64,000 nucleotides of DNA from the NCBI GenBank assembly GCA_036677065.1, contig JAKFBS010000002.1, positions 704,001-768,000 on the forward strand, in the 5' to 3' direction. Positions 19,561-28,287 of this stretch are shown one piece after another (position 1 is the first letter of the stretch; each line of letters begins with the position of its first letter). The translations under genes and the position numbers were made by a program. The notes under the pieces are model-generated. The model saw only the letters and a list, made by a program, of their open reading frames with translations, was not told the DNA's origin and searched no databases. Source of the DNA: Bdellovibrio sp. (GTDB lineage: Bacteria > Bdellovibrionota > Bdellovibrionia > Bdellovibrionales > Bdellovibrionaceae).

Positions 19561-20636
19561 AACTTATATTCAATAGTAAAAAATGGGCAATAGTTTTTCG
19601 CAAAGCTATCGCCTGATTTTGAACCGCATTTTGAAACGTTAAATCCTGCACGTCCATGTTTTAACACATTCGAACCAAAAATTTTATTAATATAAGGACG
19701 TAGCGTCTCGGCAGAGTTTAATAGAAGTTTTGCGCCAAAACCTAATTTTCTTGAGCCTAAAACTTCACCATCATTAGCTTCAACTTTTTGATAAAGCTGC
19801 AAGAATAATTCACCGATTAATGAACCAATCACGGGCGTTGCCCACAAATCATTCCAAGATGGGGTTTCGAATAATGATTCTACGCCGTATTCCCAAAAAA
19901 ATGTCGACATTAAAAAACTATAACCAAACGACTGCATCTTCGAGTACCCAGAAATGCGGGCGGCTTGATAATAGATAGAACCAGAAATTGGGTGTAATAC
20001 GAAATTAACGAAAGGCCCGTCTTTATCTCTTACCGGGCCGTTCTTCCAATGTTCAGTCACTTGGTGAATAGCTCCATTTTCTTTTAAACCTTTAACGTCC
20101 CAACCAGAACTATCTGCATCTTGCGAAGCAAATGCGGCAACCACACCACCACTTAATAAGGCGATATTGCGCGTACGCTCATAAAGAGCTTTACGGCGCT
20201 CACTCGGACCACTATCAGCGTTATCAAATAAATTTGGATTATTTTGAAAAACTCTTTGTTCAGGAGTTAAAGAGTCTTTTGTGACTTCTGTACCTAATGT
20301 TACCGATACAAATGGATTGTTTGGATCTTGGTTACATAAACTTGGGTTAGCGGGCCAACCTTTAGCCACTAAATGTGTATACATTTTCTGACAACCGGCT
20401 TGATCGCGGGTATCGACAACGATCACCTGCTGTGCAAGCTTTTTACTTGTTACTTCTTCGACGATTTCGCGAAATTGTTCTTTCGACACCCATTTATCTA
20501 AAGGCGAAGACTCCATAATGATTTTTCTGACTTCAGGAGATATCTCTTTATTATCCACCAGCTCGTGGGGATTTGCGTAAGCGGCAAAAGAAATTGATAA
20601 GATGGCAGCGAATGTTTTGAAGATGTTTTTTTTCAT
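19557..20636 (-). CDS. DUF3943-domain exported/membrane protein
   Basis: Start reassigned to ATG 20636 (signal peptide); D.D...NFVLHP..GS.YY..AR..G, WEYGVE..FE.PS.NDL..TP..G..IGE. Confidence 0.75.
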   Translation of the reverse strand: MKKNIFKTFAAILSISFAAYANPHELVDNKEISPEVRKIIMESSPLDKWVSKEQFREIVEEVTSKKLAQQVIVVDTRDQAGCQKMYTHLVAKGWPANPSLCNQDPNNPFVSVTLGTEVTKDSLTPEQRVFQNNPNLFDNADSGPSERRKALYERTRNIALLSGGVVAAFASQDADSSGWDVKGLKENGAIHQVTEHWKNGPVRDKDGPFVNFVLHPISGSIYYQAARISGYSKMQSFGYSFLMSTFFWEYGVESLFETPSWNDLWATPVIGSLIGELFLQLYQKVEANDGEVLGSRKLGFGAKLLLNSAETLRPYINKIFGSNVLKHGRAGFNVSKCGSKSGDSFAKNYCPFFTIEYKF

Positions 20637-20651
20637 ACAATATATTAGGTA

Positions 20652-20668
20652 TGCGAATTTGCGACCAA
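20652..20668 (-). promoter_or_regulatory. Possible sigma54 promoter for the DUF3943 gene
   Basis: Minus strand TTGGTCGCAAATTCGCA (GG-N10-GC), about 15 nt before the ATG. Confidence 0.35.
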
Positions 20669-20813
20669 GTTTAAAATAACCTACTGATTCTAATCCGATT
20701 TTTACTCGTTGCTGTTTACCCTTAAACGGCCATTGTAAAAACTTTTGACAGGAAAAATTTACCAACTTGAACCTGCTAGATTTGATCAGGCGCAATTCTT
20801 GTAAAACACTGCC

Positions 20814-21332
20814 ATGAGGTATTGTTTGAAGTTAAATCAGATCGCTAACTATTTTGTCGTACTTATGCTGTCAGTGGCAGCTGCGGGCCTTTATTTTGCG
20901 CCCAAACAAAATGTTAAGCCAGTCGATCAAGTTAGCCTTCCTTCTTTAATTAGTCTCAATTTGAATCAACAGGTTTTTTTAACAAAAACCTTCGAGAAAC
21001 CTGAATTTAACGGCATCGCTGAAAATTTAATTCGCGAACAACAAATTGATTTTAAAGCCCGCTTATCACCAGTGTACTCTGGTCTGAATTCATCTTATTT
21101 AATGACCTTTTTTGAAACCTCAAAATCGACAGCCCAGTCACGTGACATTCAATTTGTAATTTTTAAAAAATTCCAAGAGCACTACCGTATCGTAGCCACT
21201 TTAAAAGTAACTAGTCTTGAAGCGACAAGCATTAAGCTTTCTTACGGTTCGATCGATTTCTTAGATCAAGAATCTTTTAACTTAAATACTTTAAAATTAG
21301 CACAAACTTTAGAATTAGAAGAAAACTTCTAG
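20814..21332 (+). CDS. Hypothetical membrane-anchored protein upstream of the PLD pair
   Basis: N-terminal hydrophobic helix; 11-nt gap to the first PLD. Confidence 0.65.
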   Translation: MRYCLKLNQIANYFVVLMLSVAAAGLYFAPKQNVKPVDQVSLPSLISLNLNQQVFLTKTFEKPEFNGIAENLIREQQIDFKARLSPVYSGLNSSYLMTFFETSKSTAQSRDIQFVIFKKFQEHYRIVATLKVTSLEATSIKLSYGSIDFLDQESFNLNTLKLAQTLELEENF

Positions 21333-21343
21333 GAGCACTGACG

Positions 21344-22843
21344 ATGAAAAACTTAATCCTTGGCCTAATCGTAATGTTAGCAGTTCAATCGGTGCTTGCT
21401 GACAAAATTGTTTTATTAGAAGGCACTAAAGAATCTATCGAAGCCCGTAAAGATTTAATTTCTTCTGCACAAACTGAAATTCGCGCCCAATATTACACAA
21501 TTGAAAATGACGAAGTCGCCAACGGTGGTTTAGCTATCTTGCGTGATTTAGCGATTCAAAAACCGAATGTGCGCGTAAGAATTATTGTCGATTCATTAAA
21601 TAATCTAATGTTACGCGAAACAATGGCTGCTTTCATGTCTGATAATAACGGCGAATCTTTATCAAACGTCGAAATCAGAGAATACAATAAATTTAAAATA
21701 TACGCTCCTTGGCGCTACACGAAACGTATGCATGATAAAGGTTTAATCATCGATAATGATGTGTTGATTTCTGGCGGACGCAATATCGCCAATGGTTACT
21801 TTGGTTTAAAAGATAAAGAAAACCCAACTCATTCGGTTCTTGAAGACACTGACATTCTAGTTTTAGAAAGTGCGGCAATCACTGAAGCAGCGACTTACTT
21901 TGATAACTTATGGAATTCTAAATTCGTAAAAGCCGTTACCTTAGGTAAAATGTCGATCAGTAAACTTAAACCGGGGTCTTGCGAAGCCCAGCGCACGACT
22001 GATGATACTGAGCAAAATGTTAAATCGTGCGAATACTTTCGTAAGCGCAATGAATTATTAGTCGGAAAACAAAGAGCCGAATTAATCAATTTAGCTATTA
22101 AGCACAGATCAAACTTAAATAAGTCTGAAGCCTTAAATAAATGGAACACCAACAAGAGCGCCATTAAAGTTGGAACTATCGACTATATCTTCGATAATCC
22201 CGTTGGCCAAAGCAGTTCTCTTAAAAAACCGAAAGAAACAGAAAACAATATCGCTAAACAGCTATACCAAGCTATCCGTACAGCGCAAAAGTCTGTTGTA
22301 ATTATCACTCCTTATTTAGTAGTAACTCCAGAACAAGAAGAACTTTTTAAAGAATTACGTGCCCGCAAAGTTAAAGTACGTATTTTTACAAATGGTAAGA
22401 ACTCAAATGACGTTCCAGCAGCCCACGTTGGTTATTTAAACACGCGTGAATTAGCACTGAAGTATGGTGTGCAAATCTGGGAATACAACGGACCAGACAC
22501 TTTACATGCTAAAATGGTTTTAATTGACCGTAACAAAATGTTTATCGGTTCGTTTAACTGGGATTTCAGATCACAAAATTTAAACCGCGAAGTGGGCATC
22601 ATTGCACAACTTGATGATAGCGTTACCGTAAAACCTGAAGAGACTGATATTTTTGCTAAAGTTGGCCGTATCTATGAGCGCTCTACCCGCTTAGGCAATA
22701 CAAAACGCCTTAACCACGATATCGGTGATGATGGTGAATTTGATGACGACGACATTACTAATTTAGCTAAAGAAATCAGAAGCGGTAATAAAAATATCCT
22801 TTTCTGGCAAATCATCTACCCGTTAATCAAAAAACAACTTTAA
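21344..22843 (+). CDS. Secreted phospholipase D superfamily protein (ClsC/YmdC-like), copy 1
   Basis: Signal peptide; HKD motifs RMHDKGLIID and LHAKMVLID; GGRNIA.GYF; GSFNWDFRS..LNRE. Confidence 0.92.
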   Translation: MKNLILGLIVMLAVQSVLADKIVLLEGTKESIEARKDLISSAQTEIRAQYYTIENDEVANGGLAILRDLAIQKPNVRVRIIVDSLNNLMLRETMAAFMSDNNGESLSNVEIREYNKFKIYAPWRYTKRMHDKGLIIDNDVLISGGRNIANGYFGLKDKENPTHSVLEDTDILVLESAAITEAATYFDNLWNSKFVKAVTLGKMSISKLKPGSCEAQRTTDDTEQNVKSCEYFRKRNELLVGKQRAELINLAIKHRSNLNKSEALNKWNTNKSAIKVGTIDYIFDNPVGQSSSLKKPKETENNIAKQLYQAIRTAQKSVVIITPYLVVTPEQEELFKELRARKVKVRIFTNGKNSNDVPAAHVGYLNTRELALKYGVQIWEYNGPDTLHAKMVLIDRNKMFIGSFNWDFRSQNLNREVGIIAQLDDSVTVKPEETDIFAKVGRIYERSTRLGNTKRLNHDIGDDGEFDDDDITNLAKEIRSGNKNILFWQIIYPLIKKQL

Positions 22844-22866
22844 TCAGATAAGCAGCGGAGTCATTG

Positions 22867-24348
22867 ATGAAAAAACTAATCTTACTTCTTATTACGGTAC
22901 TGGTCGCGCAAGCGGCCTTTGCGGATAAGATCGTATTTTTAGATGATCCAGATGATTCTATCAAAGCCCGCGCCCAATTTATTTTAACTGCGGAACAAGA
23001 GATTCGCGTTCAATACTTCACCATAGATGACGATGAAATCTCAGCCTCAGGTTTAAGTCTGCTAAAACACGCTGCCGACAAAGGTGTGCGCATCCGTATC
23101 ATCGTTGATTCCTTACACAATCTAATGTCTGATGCAAAACAAGCAGCCTTGTTATTAAATCCGAATATTGAAATCCGCGAATACAATAATTTTAAAATCT
23201 ACGCCCCGTTTCGTTACTCTAAACGCATGCACGATAAAGCCTTAATCATCGACCGCCATGCTTTAATTTCGGGTGGAAGAAATGTGGCTAATGGCTATTT
23301 CGGAAAATTTTCTGATAACGACGATGACCCAAAACCGGTATTAGAAGATTCAGATGCTTTAGTATTAGAAAGTTCAGCGATTGATGAAGCTGCCGCTTAT
23401 TTTGATAATTTATGGGCTTCGCGATTTGTTAAACCCGTCGATCTGGACGGGAAAGAAAAAAAACATTTAGCCGCAGATGCCTGTGAAAAAGAAGTTTGGG
23501 CTGGCGAAGATAACTACCGCAACGCCTACGACAACTGCGAATACCGTAGAAAGCGTAATGTTAAAAAAGTGCAGGAAGCGATGTTAACTTTAAATGCCGC
23601 TTACCAAAAAACAATTACCGAAAACGGTTACCCACAAAGTAAACAAGCGGTCCTTGCTGACTGGGATAAATTAGCCGTTCGCACAGGCAATGTTGATTAC
23701 ATTTTTGATAACCCGGTTGGCCAAAAATCAAGTTTAGAAAAACCAGAAGCCTATCGAAACAATATCGCTAAACAGCTTTACGGAGCTGTTGGCCGCGCAC
23801 AGCAGCGCGTAGTGATCGTTACACCCTATTTCGTGGTCACACCTGAACAAGTTGAATTATTTAAAATATTGCGTGCTAACAATGTTAAAGTTGAAGTTTT
23901 CACTAATGGAGTTAACTCGAACGATGTACCTGCAGCGCATGTTGGTTTCAAACGTACGGTGCAATTAGCTGAAGAGCAAGGCGTGAAAGTCTGGCTATAC
24001 AACGGGCCAGACACGTTACATGCTAAAATGGTTTTAATCGATAACCGTACCTTATTCGTTGGTTCATTTAACTGGGATTTCAGATCACAAAACTTAAATC
24101 GTGAAGTTGGAATCATCGCAGACATCACTGCGGTTGAAGAAAACAATCACCTACAGGTTGATATCCAAGATAAGTTAGCACGTATCATGGCCCGCTCGAC
24201 ACCGCGTGGAATGGAAAAAAAGATGAACACCAAGATTGGCAAGCTGAACGAAAATCAAATCAGAAAGCTAGCTAGCATGATCCGCAGTGCTCACGGGAAC
24301 ACTTGGTTATGGGAATTATTTTTTCCGTTAATTAAAGAACAGTTATAG
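22867..24348 (+). CDS. Secreted phospholipase D superfamily protein (ClsC/YmdC-like), copy 2
   Basis: Tandem paralogue; signal peptide; RMHDKALIID and LHAKMVLID; ATG 22867 with SD GGAG. Confidence 0.92.
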   Translation: MKKLILLLITVLVAQAAFADKIVFLDDPDDSIKARAQFILTAEQEIRVQYFTIDDDEISASGLSLLKHAADKGVRIRIIVDSLHNLMSDAKQAALLLNPNIEIREYNNFKIYAPFRYSKRMHDKALIIDRHALISGGRNVANGYFGKFSDNDDDPKPVLEDSDALVLESSAIDEAAAYFDNLWASRFVKPVDLDGKEKKHLAADACEKEVWAGEDNYRNAYDNCEYRRKRNVKKVQEAMLTLNAAYQKTITENGYPQSKQAVLADWDKLAVRTGNVDYIFDNPVGQKSSLEKPEAYRNNIAKQLYGAVGRAQQRVVIVTPYFVVTPEQVELFKILRANNVKVEVFTNGVNSNDVPAAHVGFKRTVQLAEEQGVKVWLYNGPDTLHAKMVLIDNRTLFVGSFNWDFRSQNLNREVGIIADITAVEENNHLQVDIQDKLARIMARSTPRGMEKKMNTKIGKLNENQIRKLASMIRSAHGNTWLWELFFPLIKEQL

Positions 24349-24353
24349 TCGAG

Positions 24354-24830
24354 CTACGCATCCTGCACATCCGTGCGAAACACAAACTCACTATCAACGG
24401 GCCATTCGTAATCATCGCTGGCCCGGTAGCCTCTAAGCCACAATACACCCTCTAAATTTCTAAGATAAAATCCATTGGGATATTCTTCATCCTGCTTGGG
24501 CTTTGCTGACGCAATATGAAGATACGGCCCCTCTGCCTGATCTAAGCACTCTAATCTTAAAAAGGCTGCCAGACTTAACGGACAAAGTTTTAAGCCTTTG
24601 ACTTTTGCACTTGCGACAATATCTTTATAATAACTAGGCTTCGTTAAGCCGAGCTCAAGCGAATTCACTTTGACTAAATTTACTGACTCAGCTTTTTCAT
24701 TAACTGAAAATTCTGGATCAGAAAACAAAGTCTTTGCATAGGCATTAAATTGAATACCCTGCTTCGTTAGCTGATCTAACAGCGCTTCTTTGGTTATTCC
24801 GCCGAGGGCGATTGTTTTAAATATTTTCAT
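24354..24830 (-). CDS. Conserved hypothetical protein (family I recall being auto-annotated 'helicase'; no helicase motifs)
   Basis: GL.LCP...A.LRL..LDQ.EG and P.GFYLR..EG.LWLRGY; start uncertain (ATG 24830 or GTG 24845). Confidence 0.7.
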   Translation of the reverse strand: MKIFKTIALGGITKEALLDQLTKQGIQFNAYAKTLFSDPEFSVNEKAESVNLVKVNSLELGLTKPSYYKDIVASAKVKGLKLCPLSLAAFLRLECLDQAEGPYLHIASAKPKQDEEYPNGFYLRNLEGVLWLRGYRASDDYEWPVDSEFVFRTDVQDA

Positions 24831-24869
24831 AAAAAAAAAGCCCACACCCCTTTTTGGAGATGTGGGCTT
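24831..24869 (-). terminator. Intrinsic terminator after the DHS-like gene
   Basis: Minus strand AAGCCCACATCTCC-AAAA-AGGGGTGTGGGC followed by T9. Confidence 0.8.
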
Positions 24870-24884
24870 GAATAATTCCTTAAA

Positions 24885-25856
24885 TTACTGACCTAACACG
24901 TACGCAAACATTAAAGGTGCGCAAATAGATGCATCAGATTCAACGATATACTTAGGTGTTTCAACACCTAATTTACCCCACGTGATTTTCTCATTAGGAA
25001 CCGCACCAGAGTACGAACCAAATGAAGTTGTAGAATCACTGATTTGGCAGAAGTAACTCCATAATGGAACATTATCTTGCTCTAAATCCTGCGCTAACAT
25101 CGGTACCACACAAATTGGGAAGTCACCGGCAATACCGCCACCGATTTGGAAAAAACCAATATTTTGCTTTTTAGCTGCTAAGCTCATGTACCATTCAGCC
25201 CAATAAGTCATGTACTGGATTCCACCTTTTACAGTGTGAACATTTTTGATGTTCCCCTTCATGACATGCCCTGCGAAGATGTTACCTGTTGTTGAATCTT
25301 CCCATCCTGGTACTACCATCGGAAGATTTTTTTCTGCCGCTGCTAATAACCAAGAATTTTTCGGATCGATTTGGTAAAACTCTTTTAATTTGCCGCTTAA
25401 TAAAATTTTGTACATGTATTCATGTGGAAAGTAAGCCTTACCTTCTTTGTCAGCAGCAGCCCATTCTTCATAAACTACTTTTTCAATACGGCGAATCGCT
25501 TCTTCTTCAGGAATACAAGTGTCTGTCACACGGTTTAAATGACGGTCTAATAATTCTTGTTCTTGTTCTGGCGTTAAATCACGGTAGTTCGGAATACGTA
25601 CGTAGTGATCGTGCGCTACTAGATTGTAAATATCTTCTTCTAAGTTTGCGCCTGTGCAAGAAATCGCGTGAACTTTTCCCTGACGGATCATTTCAGCTAA
25701 AGATAAACCTAATTCAGCAGAACTCATAGCTCCCGCTAAAGTTACTAACATTTGGCCACCGTTATTGATGTGGGTTTTGTAACCAACGGCTGCATCTCTT
25801 AAAGCTGCGGCGTTGAAATGTCTGAAATGATGATCGATAAAATTTGTAATAGTCAT
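24885..25856 (-). CDS. Deoxyhypusine synthase-like protein
   Basis: TLAGAMS, TGANLEED, IGGG, SYSGAVPNEKITWGK (catalytic Lys), ESDA. Confidence 0.93.
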   Translation of the reverse strand: MTITNFIDHHFRHFNAAALRDAAVGYKTHINNGGQMLVTLAGAMSSAELGLSLAEMIRQGKVHAISCTGANLEEDIYNLVAHDHYVRIPNYRDLTPEQEQELLDRHLNRVTDTCIPEEEAIRRIEKVVYEEWAAADKEGKAYFPHEYMYKILLSGKLKEFYQIDPKNSWLLAAAEKNLPMVVPGWEDSTTGNIFAGHVMKGNIKNVHTVKGGIQYMTYWAEWYMSLAAKKQNIGFFQIGGGIAGDFPICVVPMLAQDLEQDNVPLWSYFCQISDSTTSFGSYSGAVPNEKITWGKLGVETPKYIVESDASICAPLMFAYVLGQ

Positions 25857-25916
25857 TTTATAAAACTCCGTTTATGTAATTTGCGCGCTTTCAGCACGAC
25901 TTTTAGAGGTTGAAAG

Positions 25917-26054
25917 TTAGCCTAGATCTTTCCATGAAGGAAGGGCTTTTTTCTCTTTTTTAAGTTTATACCAATGGTAAAGTGTGATGCTGATGATCGT
26001 AAGACCCGCCAAGAAAACTAAAGATGCGAATCCAAAGAAGATCACTAAGCTCAT
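25917..26054 (-). CDS. 45-aa single-pass membrane peptide (absent from ORF track)
   Basis: MSLVIFFGFASLVFLAGLTIISITLYHWYKLKKEKKALPSWKDLG*; its ATG overlaps the tcdA stop (TAATG). Confidence 0.7.
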   Translation of the reverse strand: MSLVIFFGFASLVFLAGLTIISITLYHWYKLKKEKKALPSWKDLG

Positions 26055-26947
26055 TAGTTCACCAGTTCCGTGGCGGCCACTTCAGTTTGTGTCGCTGTTT
26101 GTAAAGCTAAGTTTTGCGCCATAATATCGCGAACAACCCATGAAGCCATCACAAGACCAAAAGCACCTGTTACAAAACTTGCTGTTCCGTAGATTACACT
26201 TCTGTGTAAGCAAGAATGCGGATCGTATTCCCCTTGCGGGCAAACACATTTAAAGCCCTGGCCATTATCATAATTTAATTCAATTGAAGGCATTGGCAAT
26301 TCATCTGAATAAACACATTGAATACCGAATGCACCACGACCACGGGGAAAGTTATACTCTTGACGTAAAATTTTACGCATAGCATGTGCTAAAGGATCTA
26401 CTTCAGTTTTTGCAAGATCAGTAATCTTAACACGTGTTGGATCCATCTTCGCAGAGGCTCCGCAGCTTGTGATCACTTTTAAATTTTGTGTACGGCATTC
26501 ATTTAATAAAAATGTTTTTGCCGTGATGTTATCAATACAATCTACGATGTAATCAGGTTTCTCACCTAAAATTTCTGCAGACGTGTCTTTGTTATAGAAC
26601 ATGGCTTTCGCTATAACTTCAGCTTGCGGATTAATTTTACGAAGACGTTCAGCCATGATTTCGGCTTTTTTCTTACCGACAAGACCTTGAAGTGCATGTA
26701 ACTGACGATTTGCATTGGTAATACAAATTTCATCGTGATCGATCAAAGTGATTTTACCGACACCAGAACGTGCTAAAGATTCTGCAGCCCATGAGCCTAC
26801 GCCACCAAGACCTAAAATCATCACGTGAGTGTTGAAAAGTGTTTTCATGTTTTTATCACCCACAAGCCTGCCCATGCGGTCAAAACGGCGGTGTAAAACG
26901 TAATTAGTTTCTTGAATTTCGAAAGGCTTAGTTGGCTGAATTTCCAT
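26054..26947 (-). CDS. tcdA: tRNA threonylcarbamoyladenosine dehydratase (ThiF/E1-like)
   Basis: GLGGVGSWAAESLARSGVG, ITNANRQ, DCID, DPLA..MRK.LR, VYSDE; likely start ATG 26947. Confidence 0.9.
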   Translation of the reverse strand: MEIQPTKPFEIQETNYVLHRRFDRMGRLVGDKNMKTLFNTHVMILGLGGVGSWAAESLARSGVGKITLIDHDEICITNANRQLHALQGLVGKKKAEIMAERLRKINPQAEVIAKAMFYNKDTSAEILGEKPDYIVDCIDNITAKTFLLNECRTQNLKVITSCGASAKMDPTRVKITDLAKTEVDPLAHAMRKILRQEYNFPRGRGAFGIQCVYSDELPMPSIELNYDNGQGFKCVCPQGEYDPHSCLHRSVIYGTASFVTGAFGLVMASWVVRDIMAQNLALQTATQTEVAATELVN

Positions 26948-26987
26948 AGGCGTTAGGAGTACCAAAGATCAGCAAAAGTTTAAAGCC

Positions 26988-27770
26988 TTAAGTGAATAGT
27001 TTTCTGAAGTTTTCAGAGGTCTTTTCTAACACAGACTCCTGACTAATTTGTTTAATGTCTGCTACTGTTTTAGCCACATTTAGCACAGATATTGGGCTAT
27101 TTTGCTCCTCAGACCATCCCGCAGGCGCTTGATCGGGACAATCGCTCTCTAAAAGGAGCTTTTCTAATGGAATGCTAGCTATGGCTTCACGTAGTTTTTT
27201 ATTTTTTTCAAAAGTCACTGCTCCGCCCACCGAAATCAAAAAGTTCATTTTTAAATACTGCTGAGCAATTTCAATTGATGAGTTAAAGGCGTGAACCATT
27301 CCCCCGACAGAATCAGCTTCCCACAACAGTAAAACTTTTAAAGCTTCGTTATGCGCGCGCACCACATGCAGCACTAACGGTTTGGAAAAAACTTTCGCCA
27401 TCTGAACTTGGTTTTCAAAAAAAACAATTTGTCGGTCTTCTGCCCCATTTTGAATATACTGTTCGCGAAAATCTAAACCCGTTTCACCAAGGCCTGCGGC
27501 TTGCGACAAGATTTTAGAAAGTTCATTCATCGCTTCTTCACAAACTTCATTGTCATTTTCAGCGACAAAGTACGGATGCAGCCCAAACGCATTTTTAAAA
27601 TTTTGGGGATACTGTTTTTGCAGAAGAATTTGCCGCTGCCATCCTTCTGGATTCACACCGGCTTCCATAAATAAATTTAAATTATTTTTCAAAGAATCAT
27701 ACATCCAAGTTTGGCGTTGTTCTTCAGTTACCCGCGGATCTGTCCAGTGGCCATGACAGTCGCAGTACAT
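26988..27770 (-). CDS. TatD family hydrolase/nuclease
   Basis: DCHGH, GLHP, GETGLD, LH, HAF, LESDCP. Confidence 0.92.
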   Translation of the reverse strand: MYCDCHGHWTDPRVTEEQRQTWMYDSLKNNLNLFMEAGVNPEGWQRQILLQKQYPQNFKNAFGLHPYFVAENDNEVCEEAMNELSKILSQAAGLGETGLDFREQYIQNGAEDRQIVFFENQVQMAKVFSKPLVLHVVRAHNEALKVLLLWEADSVGGMVHAFNSSIEIAQQYLKMNFLISVGGAVTFEKNKKLREAIASIPLEKLLLESDCPDQAPAGWSEEQNSPISVLNVAKTVADIKQISQESVLEKTSENFRKLFT

Positions 27771-27772
27771 AG

Positions 27773-28258
27773 TTAAAAACCTAATTTTTTCATAAGCTCA
27801 TCAATTTCAGACTGCGCCTGAATCGAGCTTTGTTTACTAAACTGTTCAGAAACCCAGCGAAGCCGTTCGATAAAATTAGGGCTAATGACCTGTTTTAACT
27901 GAGCCATTGGGAGCTCAATTTTTTTAATTAAAATATTCAGTGCTTCAACCGCATCTAACAAAAGGGCGACCGTGACATCATAGAGTTTAGTGTTAGTTTC
28001 GATTTCGGCCGCTTTATAGGCCACGGCTTTGCACAATGAGGTGTAATCAGTGATCAAATTCAAACCATGGTCTGGTTCTGCCATCATCGCAATGCTTGCA
28101 GAAGCTCCCATAATGCGATCGATTTTGTTTCCAAAGACCTTGAGGTTTTCTTTTTGCGAAAAATCGCCTTCCATAGACTCAAGAAGATCGATCGATTCGA
28201 CAATGATGGTGTTGGACTCTTTATAAAAATCATTTAGAATATCTACATCTAGTGACAT
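27773..28258 (-). CDS. Hpt/CheA-P1-like helical protein lacking the phospho-His, with CheZ-like C-terminal tail
   Basis: Start reassigned to ATG 28258; ILNDFYKES...FGNKIDRIMGAS aligns to P1 LxDFxxE...FRxxHTIKGxA; ends QSEIDELMKKLGF. Confidence 0.65.
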   Translation of the reverse strand: MSLDVDILNDFYKESNTIIVESIDLLESMEGDFSQKENLKVFGNKIDRIMGASASIAMMAEPDHGLNLITDYTSLCKAVAYKAAEIETNTKLYDVTVALLLDAVEALNILIKKIELPMAQLKQVISPNFIERLRWVSEQFSKQSSIQAQSEIDELMKKLGF

Positions 28259-28287
28259 ATTAGAAAAGTCTACCAAAAGAGAAAAAA

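Noticed and set aside
22484..24120. Near-identical DNA blocks in the two PLD genes (possible DGR template/variable repeat or recent gene conversion)
   Set aside because: Differences are mostly third-position and not adenine-specific; no reverse transcriptase nearby; explained by paralogy
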